Positions 52,991-63,099 of a DNA stretch of 64,000 nucleotides are shown here, one piece after another (positions within the stretch are counted from its first letter, which is position 1; each line of letters opens with the position of its first letter). Position numbers and translations under genes: made by a program. The notes beneath the pieces are model-generated. The model worked only from the letters and a program-made list of their open reading frames with translations. It ran no database searches and had not been told where the DNA came from. Source of the DNA: a virus; IMG/VR virus record IMGVR_UViG_3300025887_000010, positions 32,001 to 96,000 of that record. One strand, written 5' to 3'.

Positions 52991-54400
52991 ATGATACAGG
53001 CTTTACAACTCAATATCCCGATCCTTCAGGCGCTGAAGTCATCTGCTCAGTTGAGTCTTGGAGTAACATCTTCTGATGAATGGGACTTAACTTTCGAAAT
53101 ATCATCTTCCACGGCTGGAAACCCTACAATTTTGACACTTCCCGTTTCGACAAGTTTCATCACCGCTTATGGCATCACAAAGGCCATTATTCGCGACGCG
53201 TCTAATGTCATTGAATTCCAAAACCTTGAAGTCGACATCTTGAGCGTTTCAGGAAATGATGTGACACTCGATTTCGATTCGACACTTCTGGCCGATGCTA
53301 CAAATGGTGTGATCTCTTTTGTTTCTTCTTATTGGGAGTTTGGTATTAGCGAAATCGAGATTCAAAACCGTTTGACCTTCTTACAACGGATCAAATCCGA
53401 TGAGATGCAGTTGCTAGCAAGACGTAAACTGTGGGTGGCAGGCACAACCTATCGTTCACTGTTCGAAACGTCCCTCAGGAATGACTTCTATGCTGTGTCG
53501 AATGGTTACGTATACATCAACATCACGAACAAGTTCAACCCTTCACTCATTGCTCCATCCCAGACCGTTTTGAACGAAGTTGAAGTCAATGCCGTGGACG
53601 GATACTCATGGATGAACGTCGGAAAAATCGACGAATTCCTTGACTCTCGCTTCGGCGATACTGCAAAATTCCCTGTCACAAGCTTCGAAGAACCGAATTC
53701 GTTCGGTCGTGTTCTTGGCTGTCAGGTCTACAACACCGGCAGCAATTTCAAATTCACCGATCAACCAGTGATTGTCGGGGATGGTGTTGGTGCAACTGCT
53801 CGAATCAGTCGGTTCAACACACAAAAGGGAGCCTGGGTGATCGAGATCACAAACCCAGGCCGAGACTACACATGGGCTAACATCAAAATACCGTCGACTT
53901 CAGGCACTGGATTTATATCCACGGTGTTCCTCGACCCTGGTAACATTGGCACAAATTTGCAAACGATCATCGAAGGAACAACTCTCGGATTTCGAGTCGA
54001 AACTGATCCCCAGCGAAGCCAATTTGGTGACATTAACTCGTTCGTTCTTTACCACTCGCTGTTCACTGAGGACCAAGAAGACCTTCGCGGGACATTGAGA
54101 TTCGTCGAGAACCACGAATTCCAACAAGATGACTGGATCATCGGTCAGATTTCCGGAACGATCACGAAGGTACTTGATTCAACTTCGACCAGAGAAGTAA
54201 AATATCAGAGAATGATTGGTCCCGGTTTTATCGTCGGCGAATCGATCTCAACGAATGCGTTCACAACGTCCATCGAGTCAGTTGTGAACCCTTCAAAACC
54301 ACCTATTGGAGAAATCGTTCTCCACGAAAACCGCGCAACACCGATCGTCCACGCCCTCGATCAGGTTAACGTATACAAGTTTAGATTGGAACTGACATGA
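52991..54400 (+). CDS. gp8: Baseplate wedge subunit (gp8-like)
   Basis: RRKLW..GTTY, FY....YVY, P.......DGY.W. Confidence 0.7.
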   Translation: MIQALQLNIPILQALKSSAQLSLGVTSSDEWDLTFEISSSTAGNPTILTLPVSTSFITAYGITKAIIRDASNVIEFQNLEVDILSVSGNDVTLDFDSTLLADATNGVISFVSSYWEFGISEIEIQNRLTFLQRIKSDEMQLLARRKLWVAGTTYRSLFETSLRNDFYAVSNGYVYINITNKFNPSLIAPSQTVLNEVEVNAVDGYSWMNVGKIDEFLDSRFGDTAKFPVTSFEEPNSFGRVLGCQVYNTGSNFKFTDQPVIVGDGVGATARISRFNTQKGAWVIEITNPGRDYTWANIKIPSTSGTGFISTVFLDPGNIGTNLQTIIEGTTLGFRVETDPQRSQFGDINSFVLYHSLFTEDQEDLRGTLRFVENHEFQQDDWIIGQISGTITKVLDSTSTREVKYQRMIGPGFIVGESISTNAFTTSIESVVNPSKPPIGEIVLHENRATPIVHALDQVNVYKFRLELT

Positions 54401-57400
54401 GCATTTACCATAATGACACAAAGAAGTTTCTGAAGGTCCTGTTCCGCTCAGATTTCGGAATTCAGTCGAGAGAGCTGAATGCCGCCCAGCAGCACCTTCA
54501 GAGCCAGATTGCGTCTATTGGAAAACACCTTTTCAAAAATGGCTCCTCTGTCATTGGTGGTAAGCCATCGATCATTCAGAGTCGAGTCATTCGAATCGAA
54601 AAGGACTTTAGCGGCGTACCTGTCCAGATCAGTGAGATCATCGAAAAGGACCTTGTCGAATCTGTTGACGGAAACCCTATCTCTCGCTTCACTGTGACCA
54701 ACTACTCAGAAACCGAAACACATTTCAACCTCCACGGCAACTTCGTCCTGGGTGAAAATGTGCAGATCAACTCGATTCTACAGACTGATGGTACTTCCTA
54801 TCGTGTTCGAGTTTCCCAGTTGAACATCGACGATCGCTTCGGTCTGATTGCTCGAATCGAGAATGGCGTCTACTTCTACAATGATTACTTCTTCGAAATC
54901 GAAGACACATCGATTGTTGTAAGTGACAACTCTTCGGACTTCACAGGTACGATCGGTCTTCAAGTTGAAGAATCATTCATCACGCCTTTACAGGACAAAG
55001 AGCTTCTCGATCCTTCGAATGGTTCGCCAAACTCGAATGCTCCAGGCGCACATCGCTTCACATATGAGTATGAGCTGAAAGCATATCAGTTCTTCGAAGA
55101 GACTCCGGTGAACTTCATCACAGTTGCTGACATCTCTGCTGGCGCACTTCGCAATATCGTCGAAGACCCAAGGCTCAATGAGATTGGTCGAATCCTTGCA
55201 TCTCGAACATATGACCAATCTGGAAATTTCGTTGTTGACGAATTCGAGATCGAAACGACGAATTCAGTTCAGCGATCAGTTCGCTCTGTGACTCCAACGA
55301 ATATCCCATTCCGAGTAAGGGTCTCGCTCAATGGCGAACACACTTATCTCCCTGACGAAACTGTGTCTCTCTTCACCCCAAACATCGAGGGTGACTTTGT
55401 GATCGAAAGTGTTGGAGCATCTGACTTCGTTATCATCACGAACAGTGCAAGCATCGAAACTGAAAATTCCGGCACAGTCATCAACCTCGATCGCTTCGGT
55501 GTCACTCTTTCGAAAGGCCTCGCATACGTCAATGGCTTCAAAGTGGAGAACATCGGTTCGACCCTTCTTGAGGTCAAACGGACAATCGACTCATCCGAGC
55601 TAAATCCAGGTATCTTCTCTACCTCTTACGGAAACTACATCGAGATCGAAAATATGGCTGGCGCTGATGCGTTCATCGGTCAACGGCAAACGATTGAGAT
55701 TTTGGATGTCGGCCTTGATGTAATAGGAGAATGCGTCGTCGATTCATTCCAACGAGTTAGCGCGACGGTTTTCCGTGCCTACATCTCGAATGTGATCGCA
55801 ACTGGTGACTTGACGACAGCAACCTCCATCCAAGGAGCTTCACCAACCTTTACAGCCGATCTGGTTGGTGCAGGCTTCACCATTCAATCGACCGAAAATG
55901 CACCACTCGTTTTCCAACTCTCGTCTGAGAACATCTCGTCTGTTTCCGAAACAGCTATAGTGCAGAAAACGTCGTATCTTGCTGGTTCGGTTGCTGGCGG
56001 AACGGTTGCATTCAGCCTTCCTGGTGCAGAGCTCTTCGTCGGAACGCGAAATGTCAACTTGGTTGAAACGAACGAAGAATTCAACTTCATATCTGTCCAA
56101 GGTGGAGTCTACACCAACCCTACGAGCATTCTCATTTCGAATGATGGCAAAACGTTGACTGTCGCAAGTGCTACTGCTGGTGCAATTGACCTTATCACCA
56201 AGACGACCAACGTCATCACTCCAGCTTCCAAGACTCTTGTCGCAGAACAAGTCATTGTCACTTCTGACACCGTCAACGCAGGTGCTCGAAAGTACGCGCT
56301 GCCTCATGTTGATATTGTGAACGTTCGTGTATACGACAATACGACAGACGTTGAGATCAGCTCGAAGTTCACATTCGATAATGGTCAGCGTGATCGCTTC
56401 TACGACTTAGGATCTATTGAGTTGAACCCAGGTCAGAATGTGATCGGTGTCACACTTCGTGTGGAGTACACTCGTTACAGTCGTTCAGGTAACTTCTTCT
56501 ATGTCGCGAATTCTTACGAAAGCACGAAGGACAGTCCAACATACGACACTGACTCTGGAGTGAAGCTCAATCTGTTGAACTGCATCGACTTTCGACCAGA
56601 CGTCATAACTGCTGGTTTGACTGCTTTGACTTCGAACACCGTTCCTGCTCCACTCAGCAATGTACAAGTCTCGACTTCATCATATCTGCCTCGCAAAGAC
56701 CTTGTCACCGTTGACATCAACGGTGCGATTCAATATGTGCTCGGAAAGCCAGATGCCAACTCTGTCTATCCGAAAACTCCTGAGAACTCGATGGGTCTTT
56801 ATCGACTGGACATTCGTTCGAACATGCAGAATCTGGATGACATCGACTTCACCAGTGACCAGATTCGTCGTTACACGATGGAAGATATTGGTCGCCTCGA
56901 CAAGCGACTCGATCGTGTCGAAGAAGAAGTTCTGTTGACTCTTCTCGAATCCGAAGCGAAGAACTCGAGGATTTACGACACTGACGGAACGATCCGTTTC
57001 AACACTGGCTTCATTGTCGACAACTTCTCTGATCACGGGATCGGTGAAGTCGAAGATAACGACTATTCAGTTTCTGTCGATCCTGAATTGAAGCTCATTC
57101 GTCCAGAGTTTGCTGTCGACACGGTGAAGATGGCTGTCTCTACTGATCGTGCAAATGTTCGCATTGGTGAGAACGAAGACTACGGCACGTTCTTTACTCG
57201 TAACTTCGATTCTGAGAACCTATTCCAAAACAACAATGCTACCAAATCGGTCAGGGTCACCCCTTACACTGTTCGAAGCTTCATTGGTCAATCACTTTAC
57301 AATCCTCCACTTGACTCTGATTCGGAATATCTGCACATCAGTCGCAGACGCACAGGCTTCATCTTCCGTCGAACTCGGTGGTCATCATGGGTTTCCGATA

Positions 57401-59379
57401 AGCCTCAGCAAGTGCTTTCGAAGAGCAGAGGGTTCTTCCTCTGGCGTCGCCGAACGAACACTCGCATCATTCCATTCATGAAGCCAAAGAGGGTTCGTTT
57501 CAGTGTCACTGGTCTGAAGCCTTTCGAGAAGTTCTACTTCTTCATCGACAAGAAGCGTTCTGACAGCATTGTCAACAAGGACGGAAACTGGTGGGGAGCA
57601 GCAGCTGCGAATTCCGAATCTCTGTGGAGGTACAACGAACCAGGCTCAACTGTTCGTTTCGATGAAGAAGTTCATGACATCTTGCTCGACAGGACACTTA
57701 ATCCAGTCGACGGTCTTACAGCTGACATCACCGGTACGATCACTGGGTTTGTTGACATTCCACGTCTCGCAATCCCTGCTGGCAAGCGAGAGTTCAGTTT
57801 CTCTGTCGATCCAAACAACCCAAAGAGTGCAGTGTCTCACTCGACATACGACTTCTACGGAACTGAGAACTACGACCTTCAACAACAGAACACTGTCGAT
57901 AATCGCTATGACGAAATCGCGGACTCGAAGCGTCCATTGATTGCTCAGACGTTCATTGTCACGAAGAATGCTTTCCCGAATGGTGTGTTCATCGAATCAC
58001 TCGATCTGTTCTTCTCGAAAATCCCTGTCGAGTCGAATGTACCCGTGACAATCGATATTCGCTATGTCGAGAATGGTTCGCCGAAATCGTCTGAGATCAT
58101 TCGCCGATCGAGTGTTCAGTTGAATCGTGATGACATCAATCTTCCGAGAGACCTGTCATCGATTTCTTCGATTCTTGCTGCTCCAACACGAGTGACATTC
58201 CCTATTCCGATATACCTTCAGCCTGATGAAGAGTATGCGATCACGCTTCGCACTTCTTCGATCGACTACGAAATCTACACGTCGGAAGTCGGATCGATCA
58301 ACACTGGATCAGGAAATGCGTCGACCAACTCTGTCATTCAGGGCGCGACATTCAGAACTGCAGATGGAGCCTCATGGAACCGTTACCAGAACGAAGACTT
58401 GACTATGGGTGTCAACATCTGTCGATTCAACACGATTGAAGACTCGTACTTCACCCTTGTGAATGAACCAACTGATGTTGATCAAGTGTTTGACGAGCTC
58501 AACTCACAGCTGATCTTCAACGATTTCAAAGACACTTCCACGACATTGGTCGCAACCGGTGTGACTGATCAATCACGATCTACCAAGTCGATAGATATTC
58601 GTGGGTCTCAGCTCGCCAACTTCGATGAGCGCATGATCATTCGCACCGGTCTTGAAGACCTAGTCATTCGAGTCGATCTCGAAACGGCCGATCCATACGT
58701 GTCTCCAATCTTCTTCAATCAGTACCATCAGTCGAAGGTTATCAAGAACCTGATTAACCTCTATGCATTGATTGAAGGCGGATTCGAAGTTACCAATCAA
58801 GGCAGTGTTCCTCTCGTCAACCCAGTCGTTACGATCGACAGTGATGAAGGTTCTGGCGCAATCGCTGAAGCTGTATTGGACGGATCAGGGTATCTCACTG
58901 GCATAAACTTGATCAATGGTGGTTCTGGCTACTTCAGTCTGAATCCATCTATCACTATCACTGATGACAATACATCAGGAGCTACTGTCGCATACGACAA
59001 TCTCGAGAACTCTGCATCAGGAGGCAATGCACTTTCTCGCTATGTCACCAAACCGATCGGACTCAAAGAAGGCTTCAGCACTGACAAAGTGTCTGTCTTC
59101 TTCGACGCTGCTCTTCCGAATGATGCTCAGATTGATGTGTATGTCAGAGCTCTTTCGAACGATGACAACGACGTGATCACCAACAAACCTTGGACATACA
59201 TCGGAAGATCAAACCCGTCGACGAACCCATCAATCTTCAGTCCTCAGCGGGTTGACGGACCTGTCATCTACGATACATTCGATCGAGTTCACTTCGTTCA
59301 GACGAAGCTGGTTCTTCTTTCGAATGACTCCGTCAATATCCCCAAGGTGAAGAACTTCAGAATGATCACGAGTATTTAA
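54397..59379 (+). CDS. Large virion structural protein (DUF4815/VrlC-like)
   Basis: F.KVLFR....IQ.RELN..Q..LQ.QI, RT.DQSG.F.V, DFRP, RRYTM.DI..L..R, GF.VD.F, AQTF; 1660 aa. Confidence 0.8.
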   Translation: MSIYHNDTKKFLKVLFRSDFGIQSRELNAAQQHLQSQIASIGKHLFKNGSSVIGGKPSIIQSRVIRIEKDFSGVPVQISEIIEKDLVESVDGNPISRFTVTNYSETETHFNLHGNFVLGENVQINSILQTDGTSYRVRVSQLNIDDRFGLIARIENGVYFYNDYFFEIEDTSIVVSDNSSDFTGTIGLQVEESFITPLQDKELLDPSNGSPNSNAPGAHRFTYEYELKAYQFFEETPVNFITVADISAGALRNIVEDPRLNEIGRILASRTYDQSGNFVVDEFEIETTNSVQRSVRSVTPTNIPFRVRVSLNGEHTYLPDETVSLFTPNIEGDFVIESVGASDFVIITNSASIETENSGTVINLDRFGVTLSKGLAYVNGFKVENIGSTLLEVKRTIDSSELNPGIFSTSYGNYIEIENMAGADAFIGQRQTIEILDVGLDVIGECVVDSFQRVSATVFRAYISNVIATGDLTTATSIQGASPTFTADLVGAGFTIQSTENAPLVFQLSSENISSVSETAIVQKTSYLAGSVAGGTVAFSLPGAELFVGTRNVNLVETNEEFNFISVQGGVYTNPTSILISNDGKTLTVASATAGAIDLITKTTNVITPASKTLVAEQVIVTSDTVNAGARKYALPHVDIVNVRVYDNTTDVEISSKFTFDNGQRDRFYDLGSIELNPGQNVIGVTLRVEYTRYSRSGNFFYVANSYESTKDSPTYDTDSGVKLNLLNCIDFRPDVITAGLTALTSNTVPAPLSNVQVSTSSYLPRKDLVTVDINGAIQYVLGKPDANSVYPKTPENSMGLYRLDIRSNMQNLDDIDFTSDQIRRYTMEDIGRLDKRLDRVEEEVLLTLLESEAKNSRIYDTDGTIRFNTGFIVDNFSDHGIGEVEDNDYSVSVDPELKLIRPEFAVDTVKMAVSTDRANVRIGENEDYGTFFTRNFDSENLFQNNNATKSVRVTPYTVRSFIGQSLYNPPLDSDSEYLHISRRRTGFIFRRTRWSSWVSDKPQQVLSKSRGFFLWRRRTNTRIIPFMKPKRVRFSVTGLKPFEKFYFFIDKKRSDSIVNKDGNWWGAAAANSESLWRYNEPGSTVRFDEEVHDILLDRTLNPVDGLTADITGTITGFVDIPRLAIPAGKREFSFSVDPNNPKSAVSHSTYDFYGTENYDLQQQNTVDNRYDEIADSKRPLIAQTFIVTKNAFPNGVFIESLDLFFSKIPVESNVPVTIDIRYVENGSPKSSEIIRRSSVQLNRDDINLPRDLSSISSILAAPTRVTFPIPIYLQPDEEYAITLRTSSIDYEIYTSEVGSINTGSGNASTNSVIQGATFRTADGASWNRYQNEDLTMGVNICRFNTIEDSYFTLVNEPTDVDQVFDELNSQLIFNDFKDTSTTLVATGVTDQSRSTKSIDIRGSQLANFDERMIIRTGLEDLVIRVDLETADPYVSPIFFNQYHQSKVIKNLINLYALIEGGFEVTNQGSVPLVNPVVTIDSDEGSGAIAEAVLDGSGYLTGINLINGGSGYFSLNPSITITDDNTSGATVAYDNLENSASGGNALSRYVTKPIGLKEGFSTDKVSVFFDAALPNDAQIDVYVRALSNDDNDVITNKPWTYIGRSNPSTNPSIFSPQRVDGPVIYDTFDRVHFVQTKLVLLSNDSVNIPKVKNFRMITSI

Positions 59380-59380
59380 C

Positions 59381-59566
59381 ATGACTCACTTGGTTAAAAT
59401 ATCTGGAGAACCAAATCTACTTCGCGACAAAACGACCAATGCGACTTTGAGCTCCGACCTAGAAGGATTTCAAAGTCGCATCAAGTTCCTTCAAAACAGA
59501 AGGTCTCTTGAGAGTCGCATCGAACGTCTTGAAGGCATTATCGAAAGGCTAGCGTTAGACACATGA
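59381..59566 (+). CDS. Small structural accessory protein
   Basis: VKISGEPNL.RD..T.A pattern typical after DUF4815 genes. Confidence 0.6.
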   Translation: MTHLVKISGEPNLLRDKTTNATLSSDLEGFQSRIKFLQNRRSLESRIERLEGIIERLALDT

Positions 59567-60663
59567 CAATTCAGCAGGAAAACTTCGCGCCCCTAAGCAG
59601 GGACTCACTTTATCGACAGCTTGTTGAAAGCATTAACGCTGGCAATCTGAAAACCATCGAGGTAGTTGATGTCGTAAACAGCATTCTGGTCGATGTCGGG
59701 GAGCTTTCTACTCTTCAGACCACTGTCAAGACCTCAATTGTTAACGCCATCAACGAACTCGTGCAGGACTATACGATACCATCCGAGTTTCAGACCAATC
59801 TGGGAGTCATTTCACTTCTTGACACCATCAACAAGGAGAGTCTCGTAAGTGCGGTCAACGAGGTCCATGCTGATCTTGGAGACATTTCGCAGCTACAGAC
59901 TAGTTCTCGAGATTCAGTTGTCGAATCACTTAATGAGGTTCTTTCGACATTCGCATCGATCGGCAATCTCGAATCTCTGCAGACAAACTCACGAGACAAC
60001 GTTGTAAGCGCTATCAACGAGCTTCAGACAAAGCAAGGTGGAACAGCTCTGTCAACGACTGCAAAGAATGTCAGTGGAGCCATCAACGAGCTGAAGGGAA
60101 GAGCAGACAGTACCTTCAATGGATCGTTCGCAAATCTCTCTGGTAAGCCAACAACAATTACAGGTTACGGAATCACTGACAGTTCTGTAGCACGAAGCCA
60201 ATTAGGTCTCGGAACGATTGCTACACAGAATGCAACAAATCTATCGGTTGAGAACCTTACCGTGAGTGTTGCAGCAACTTTGAATTCGTTGACCATCACA
60301 GGCACATTGAGCATCAACAACCTCACAGCACAAGGTCTTCTGTCTGGTGGCATCATCTCGACAACCTCTGCTGCACAAGAAGGAACTGTGAACAACAAGA
60401 TCATGACTCCGGTTAGAACGGCCGAGGCCATCGCTGCTCAAGTTCCATCAATTGTGACAACAGTAAGTTCACAATTGACGAATGGGTCTATTGGATCGAT
60501 TGTTGTACGAGTAGGAAGTATTGCTTGGATACCTAGTGATGTGAATGGACCAACTATTGAATCAAATCTCACAGGTATCTACCGAGCTCTTCAGACACCT
60601 TCTGAGGCTGTAATTGGTGGAAACTCTATCTTTGTAGGTACGTATGTCAAAATATCATCATAA
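59563..60663 (+). CDS. Fibre/whisker-like protein
   Basis: Five L.T..K..V.AINE repeats, then LGTIATQN and a beta-rich tip. Confidence 0.65.
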   Translation: MTIQQENFAPLSRDSLYRQLVESINAGNLKTIEVVDVVNSILVDVGELSTLQTTVKTSIVNAINELVQDYTIPSEFQTNLGVISLLDTINKESLVSAVNEVHADLGDISQLQTSSRDSVVESLNEVLSTFASIGNLESLQTNSRDNVVSAINELQTKQGGTALSTTAKNVSGAINELKGRADSTFNGSFANLSGKPTTITGYGITDSSVARSQLGLGTIATQNATNLSVENLTVSVAATLNSLTITGTLSINNLTAQGLLSGGIISTTSAAQEGTVNNKIMTPVRTAEAIAAQVPSIVTTVSSQLTNGSIGSIVVRVGSIAWIPSDVNGPTIESNLTGIYRALQTPSEAVIGGNSIFVGTYVKISS

Positions 60664-60672
60664 GGATAAAGC

Positions 60673-61245
60673 ATGACCATCCCAACCAACCAAATCCCAT
60701 CAGTCGCCATGTCGAACGACGTTGAGAGTCTCGTCGTGTCTCTAAACTCGATCATCGCGAGAACTCAACAGATCGCTGAAGAGTACAATGTGACGGCAAG
60801 TGCAGTCGCTGGCACAGGCGAACTAACTGATCTAGAAACTACCGCGAAGACCAACGTTGTTTCGGCAATCAATTCTCTTCGTACTGAGCTTCTGACCACC
60901 TATCAGCAAGGTCTTCTTCTCATTCCACCATCTGAAAAGACAGTCTCTGCGACTTCGTATACAGTTCTCGATGAAGACTTTAACGGTGATGTTCTTATCA
61001 CACTTGATTGCAGTGCCAATTCCATCGAGGTTATGTTCCCAGAAGGTCTTCTGAAGAATCGACCACTTAAGTTCACCAAAATTGGAGCATTTGGTGCCAC
61101 GTTGGTTATTGATCCACTCGGTACAGGCACACTGCGATCTCGTAGTGGTGCAAACACAATCAATGGAAATTACGGTGTGGTCACAGCAGTTCGCTACACC
61201 GAAGACTCCGTGGATTCGTTCCTGATCTATGGTGATCTCGTCTAA
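60673..61245 (+). CDS. Short fibre-like protein
   Basis: LTDLETTAKTNVVSAINSL repeat plus a beta-rich C-terminal domain. Confidence 0.6.
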   Translation: MTIPTNQIPSVAMSNDVESLVVSLNSIIARTQQIAEEYNVTASAVAGTGELTDLETTAKTNVVSAINSLRTELLTTYQQGLLLIPPSEKTVSATSYTVLDEDFNGDVLITLDCSANSIEVMFPEGLLKNRPLKFTKIGAFGATLVIDPLGTGTLRSRSGANTINGNYGVVTAVRYTEDSVDSFLIYGDLV

Positions 61246-61262
61246 CTTTCTGAAAAGAGTGT

Positions 61263-61291
61263 TGTACAATTGAAGTTTAGTGTGATATAAC
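61263..61291 (+). promoter_or_regulatory. Early promoter for rnh (TGTACA-N17-TATAAC)
   Basis: Motif match. Confidence 0.75.
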
Positions 61292-61316
61292 TGAACTATC
61301 AAATAAGGATTTCCTC

Positions 61317-62207
61317 ATGATTTTAGTCGATTATCTCAACGTGGCCACCGCGTCGATTTTCAAAGCGATGCATACCGGCCATATGGATGAACTTTCGACC
61401 ACATTCCTTCTCGGAAAGATTCGCACATATAACGCAGAGTTCCGAAGCGAATTTGGTGAATTGGTCATATGCTCGGATCATCGATCCTGGCGCAAAGACG
61501 AGTTCGAACACTACAAAGCACGTCGTGTTCATTCGGAAACTCCATCCCAGGAAACACAGGACCTCTTCCGCATTCGTGACGAAGTGTATGACGCCTTGGT
61601 GGCTCATTCGCCTTATCGATGTGTAAAAGTTCCAGGTGCTGAGGGTGACGATGTCATGTACCAGCTATCTCGACATCCTGGGAAGCACATGATCGTGTCG
61701 AAAGACAAGGATATGTCTCAGCTTGTTTCGAAGCGTGTTCGTCAATGGGACCCAATCAAGAAGCAGGAGATCGACAATGGTCCTGGCTTCCTGAAACGAC
61801 TTATCATGCATGGCGATGGTGGAGATGATATTCCGAACTTCATTTCTGATGATGACACATTCGTAAATCCAAGCAAGCGTCAACGTCCTATCACTGGTCG
61901 AATTCGAAAGTTCATTGCCGAGACAATCGATCCCATGGTGGAATTCGATTATCTCAAAGTCAAGGGTGTCACATCCGAACAGATGCGTGCCAACTGGAAA
62001 CGCAACGAAGTTCTGATCGATCTCAAGCGGACTCCGCGTTCAATCCTTGATTCCATCAGTGACGAATTCCACCGCCAACAAAATAAGAAAGGTGATCTCA
62101 TATCACTTTTCACCGAACTTCGTGCTGGCAACTTTCTGTCGAAGTCTAACGATTTCGTTCCGAACAAAACCGGCGTTGAAGCAACTCATACGCAACTAGA
62201 CCTGTAA
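61317..62207 (+). CDS. rnh: T4-type RNase H / 5'-3' exonuclease (FEN family)
   Basis: MILVDY, D..SWRK..F..YKA.R, EGDD, S.DKD..QL, GD..D.IPN, RN..LIDL..TP. Confidence 0.93.
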   Translation: MILVDYLNVATASIFKAMHTGHMDELSTTFLLGKIRTYNAEFRSEFGELVICSDHRSWRKDEFEHYKARRVHSETPSQETQDLFRIRDEVYDALVAHSPYRCVKVPGAEGDDVMYQLSRHPGKHMIVSKDKDMSQLVSKRVRQWDPIKKQEIDNGPGFLKRLIMHGDGGDDIPNFISDDDTFVNPSKRQRPITGRIRKFIAETIDPMVEFDYLKVKGVTSEQMRANWKRNEVLIDLKRTPRSILDSISDEFHRQQNKKGDLISLFTELRAGNFLSKSNDFVPNKTGVEATHTQLDL

Positions 62208-62218
62208 AGGAAAAACAC

Positions 62219-63010
62219 ATGTCACGAGACCCAAGTCCATATCACGAATTGATGACCGATTCGAAGAATCACGCAGAACTTGCAAAGACTGAACCAACAA
62301 AGACTCTCGACAAGCTTGTTTGGCTTGCAATGGGTGGATCAGAGACTGCGCTCTCTGGAGGCTTCGACTCGAAATACTTCCAACCATCTAACCGTCCGAA
62401 TTCGACTATCGAGCGATTTTGTGAAGACGTTCTCGATAAGTTTTTCGATGTGCGATTCCGTAAGGAAGAAGCACCTCGAGTGTTCATGCAGAACTTCAAT
62501 CGCATGCCTCAGCCTGATCGCGATCTGATGAATCGACTTTTCAAAGGAAAGGTCACTATTCCTGACGAGATTGCTGCTGAATATGCTGGAGATCGTACTG
62601 TCATCATCAATGGTGTCGAATTGCCGATTTTTGAATTCAAGGCACCTGAGAAGAAGCCTGAAAAGGTATCTCCAGAGAAGCCTACAAAGGCACCACCAAA
62701 GAATGCGAAGAACGCGAAGAATGCGAAGAACGCGAAGAACGAGGAAAAATCTGATGGAAATGTCCAAAAACCAGCAGACGAAAAATCAACCACCAAAGTT
62801 GATGACGAAAAACCTGTCGAAGAGGTAGTCGTGTCGACCGACGAAAAACCTGTCGAAGAGGCAGTCGTCAATGATGCTAAAGAAAATGATGGAAAGACAT
62901 CATCAGAAAACGATGAAAAGGCAATAGGCGAAGTTGATCAAATGGTAAGTGATGATCACGTCGAAGAAAATCATGACGATGAGAAACTCGAGGAACCCAA
63001 GGACTCCTAA
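62219..63010 (+). CDS. Hypothetical protein with helical N-terminal domain and Lys/Glu/Pro low-complexity tail
   Basis: AAGGAA RBS; repeats in the tail. Confidence 0.7.
   Translation: MSRDPSPYHELMTDSKNHAELAKTEPTKTLDKLVWLAMGGSETALSGGFDSKYFQPSNRPNSTIERFCEDVLDKFFDVRFRKEEAPRVFMQNFNRMPQPDRDLMNRLFKGKVTIPDEIAAEYAGDRTVIINGVELPIFEFKAPEKKPEKVSPEKPTKAPPKNAKNAKNAKNAKNEEKSDGNVQKPADEKSTTKVDDEKPVEEVVVSTDEKPVEEAVVNDAKENDGKTSSENDEKAIGEVDQMVSDDHVEENHDDEKLEEPKDS
62699..62742 (+). repeat. 9-bp tandem repeat AAGAAYGCG x4 (KNA)4
   Basis: Visible directly in the sequence. Confidence 0.9.
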
Positions 63011-63027
63011 TCGTCATCGATAATACA

Positions 63028-63056
63028 GAATGGCGGAACGTAAGTTTCGTCATTTG
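63028..63056 (+). terminator. Intrinsic terminator with GNRA loop
   Basis: ATGGCGGAAC-GTAA-GTTTCGTCAT followed by TTGTTGT. Confidence 0.6.
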
Positions 63057-63099
63057 TTGTCTCAGTATCAGAATACAAACCGAAGAAAGTGATGCATGA

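Noticed and set aside
63029-63091. 20-codon ORF upstream of nrdJ
   Set aside because: It coincides with the terminator hairpin and lacks an RBS.
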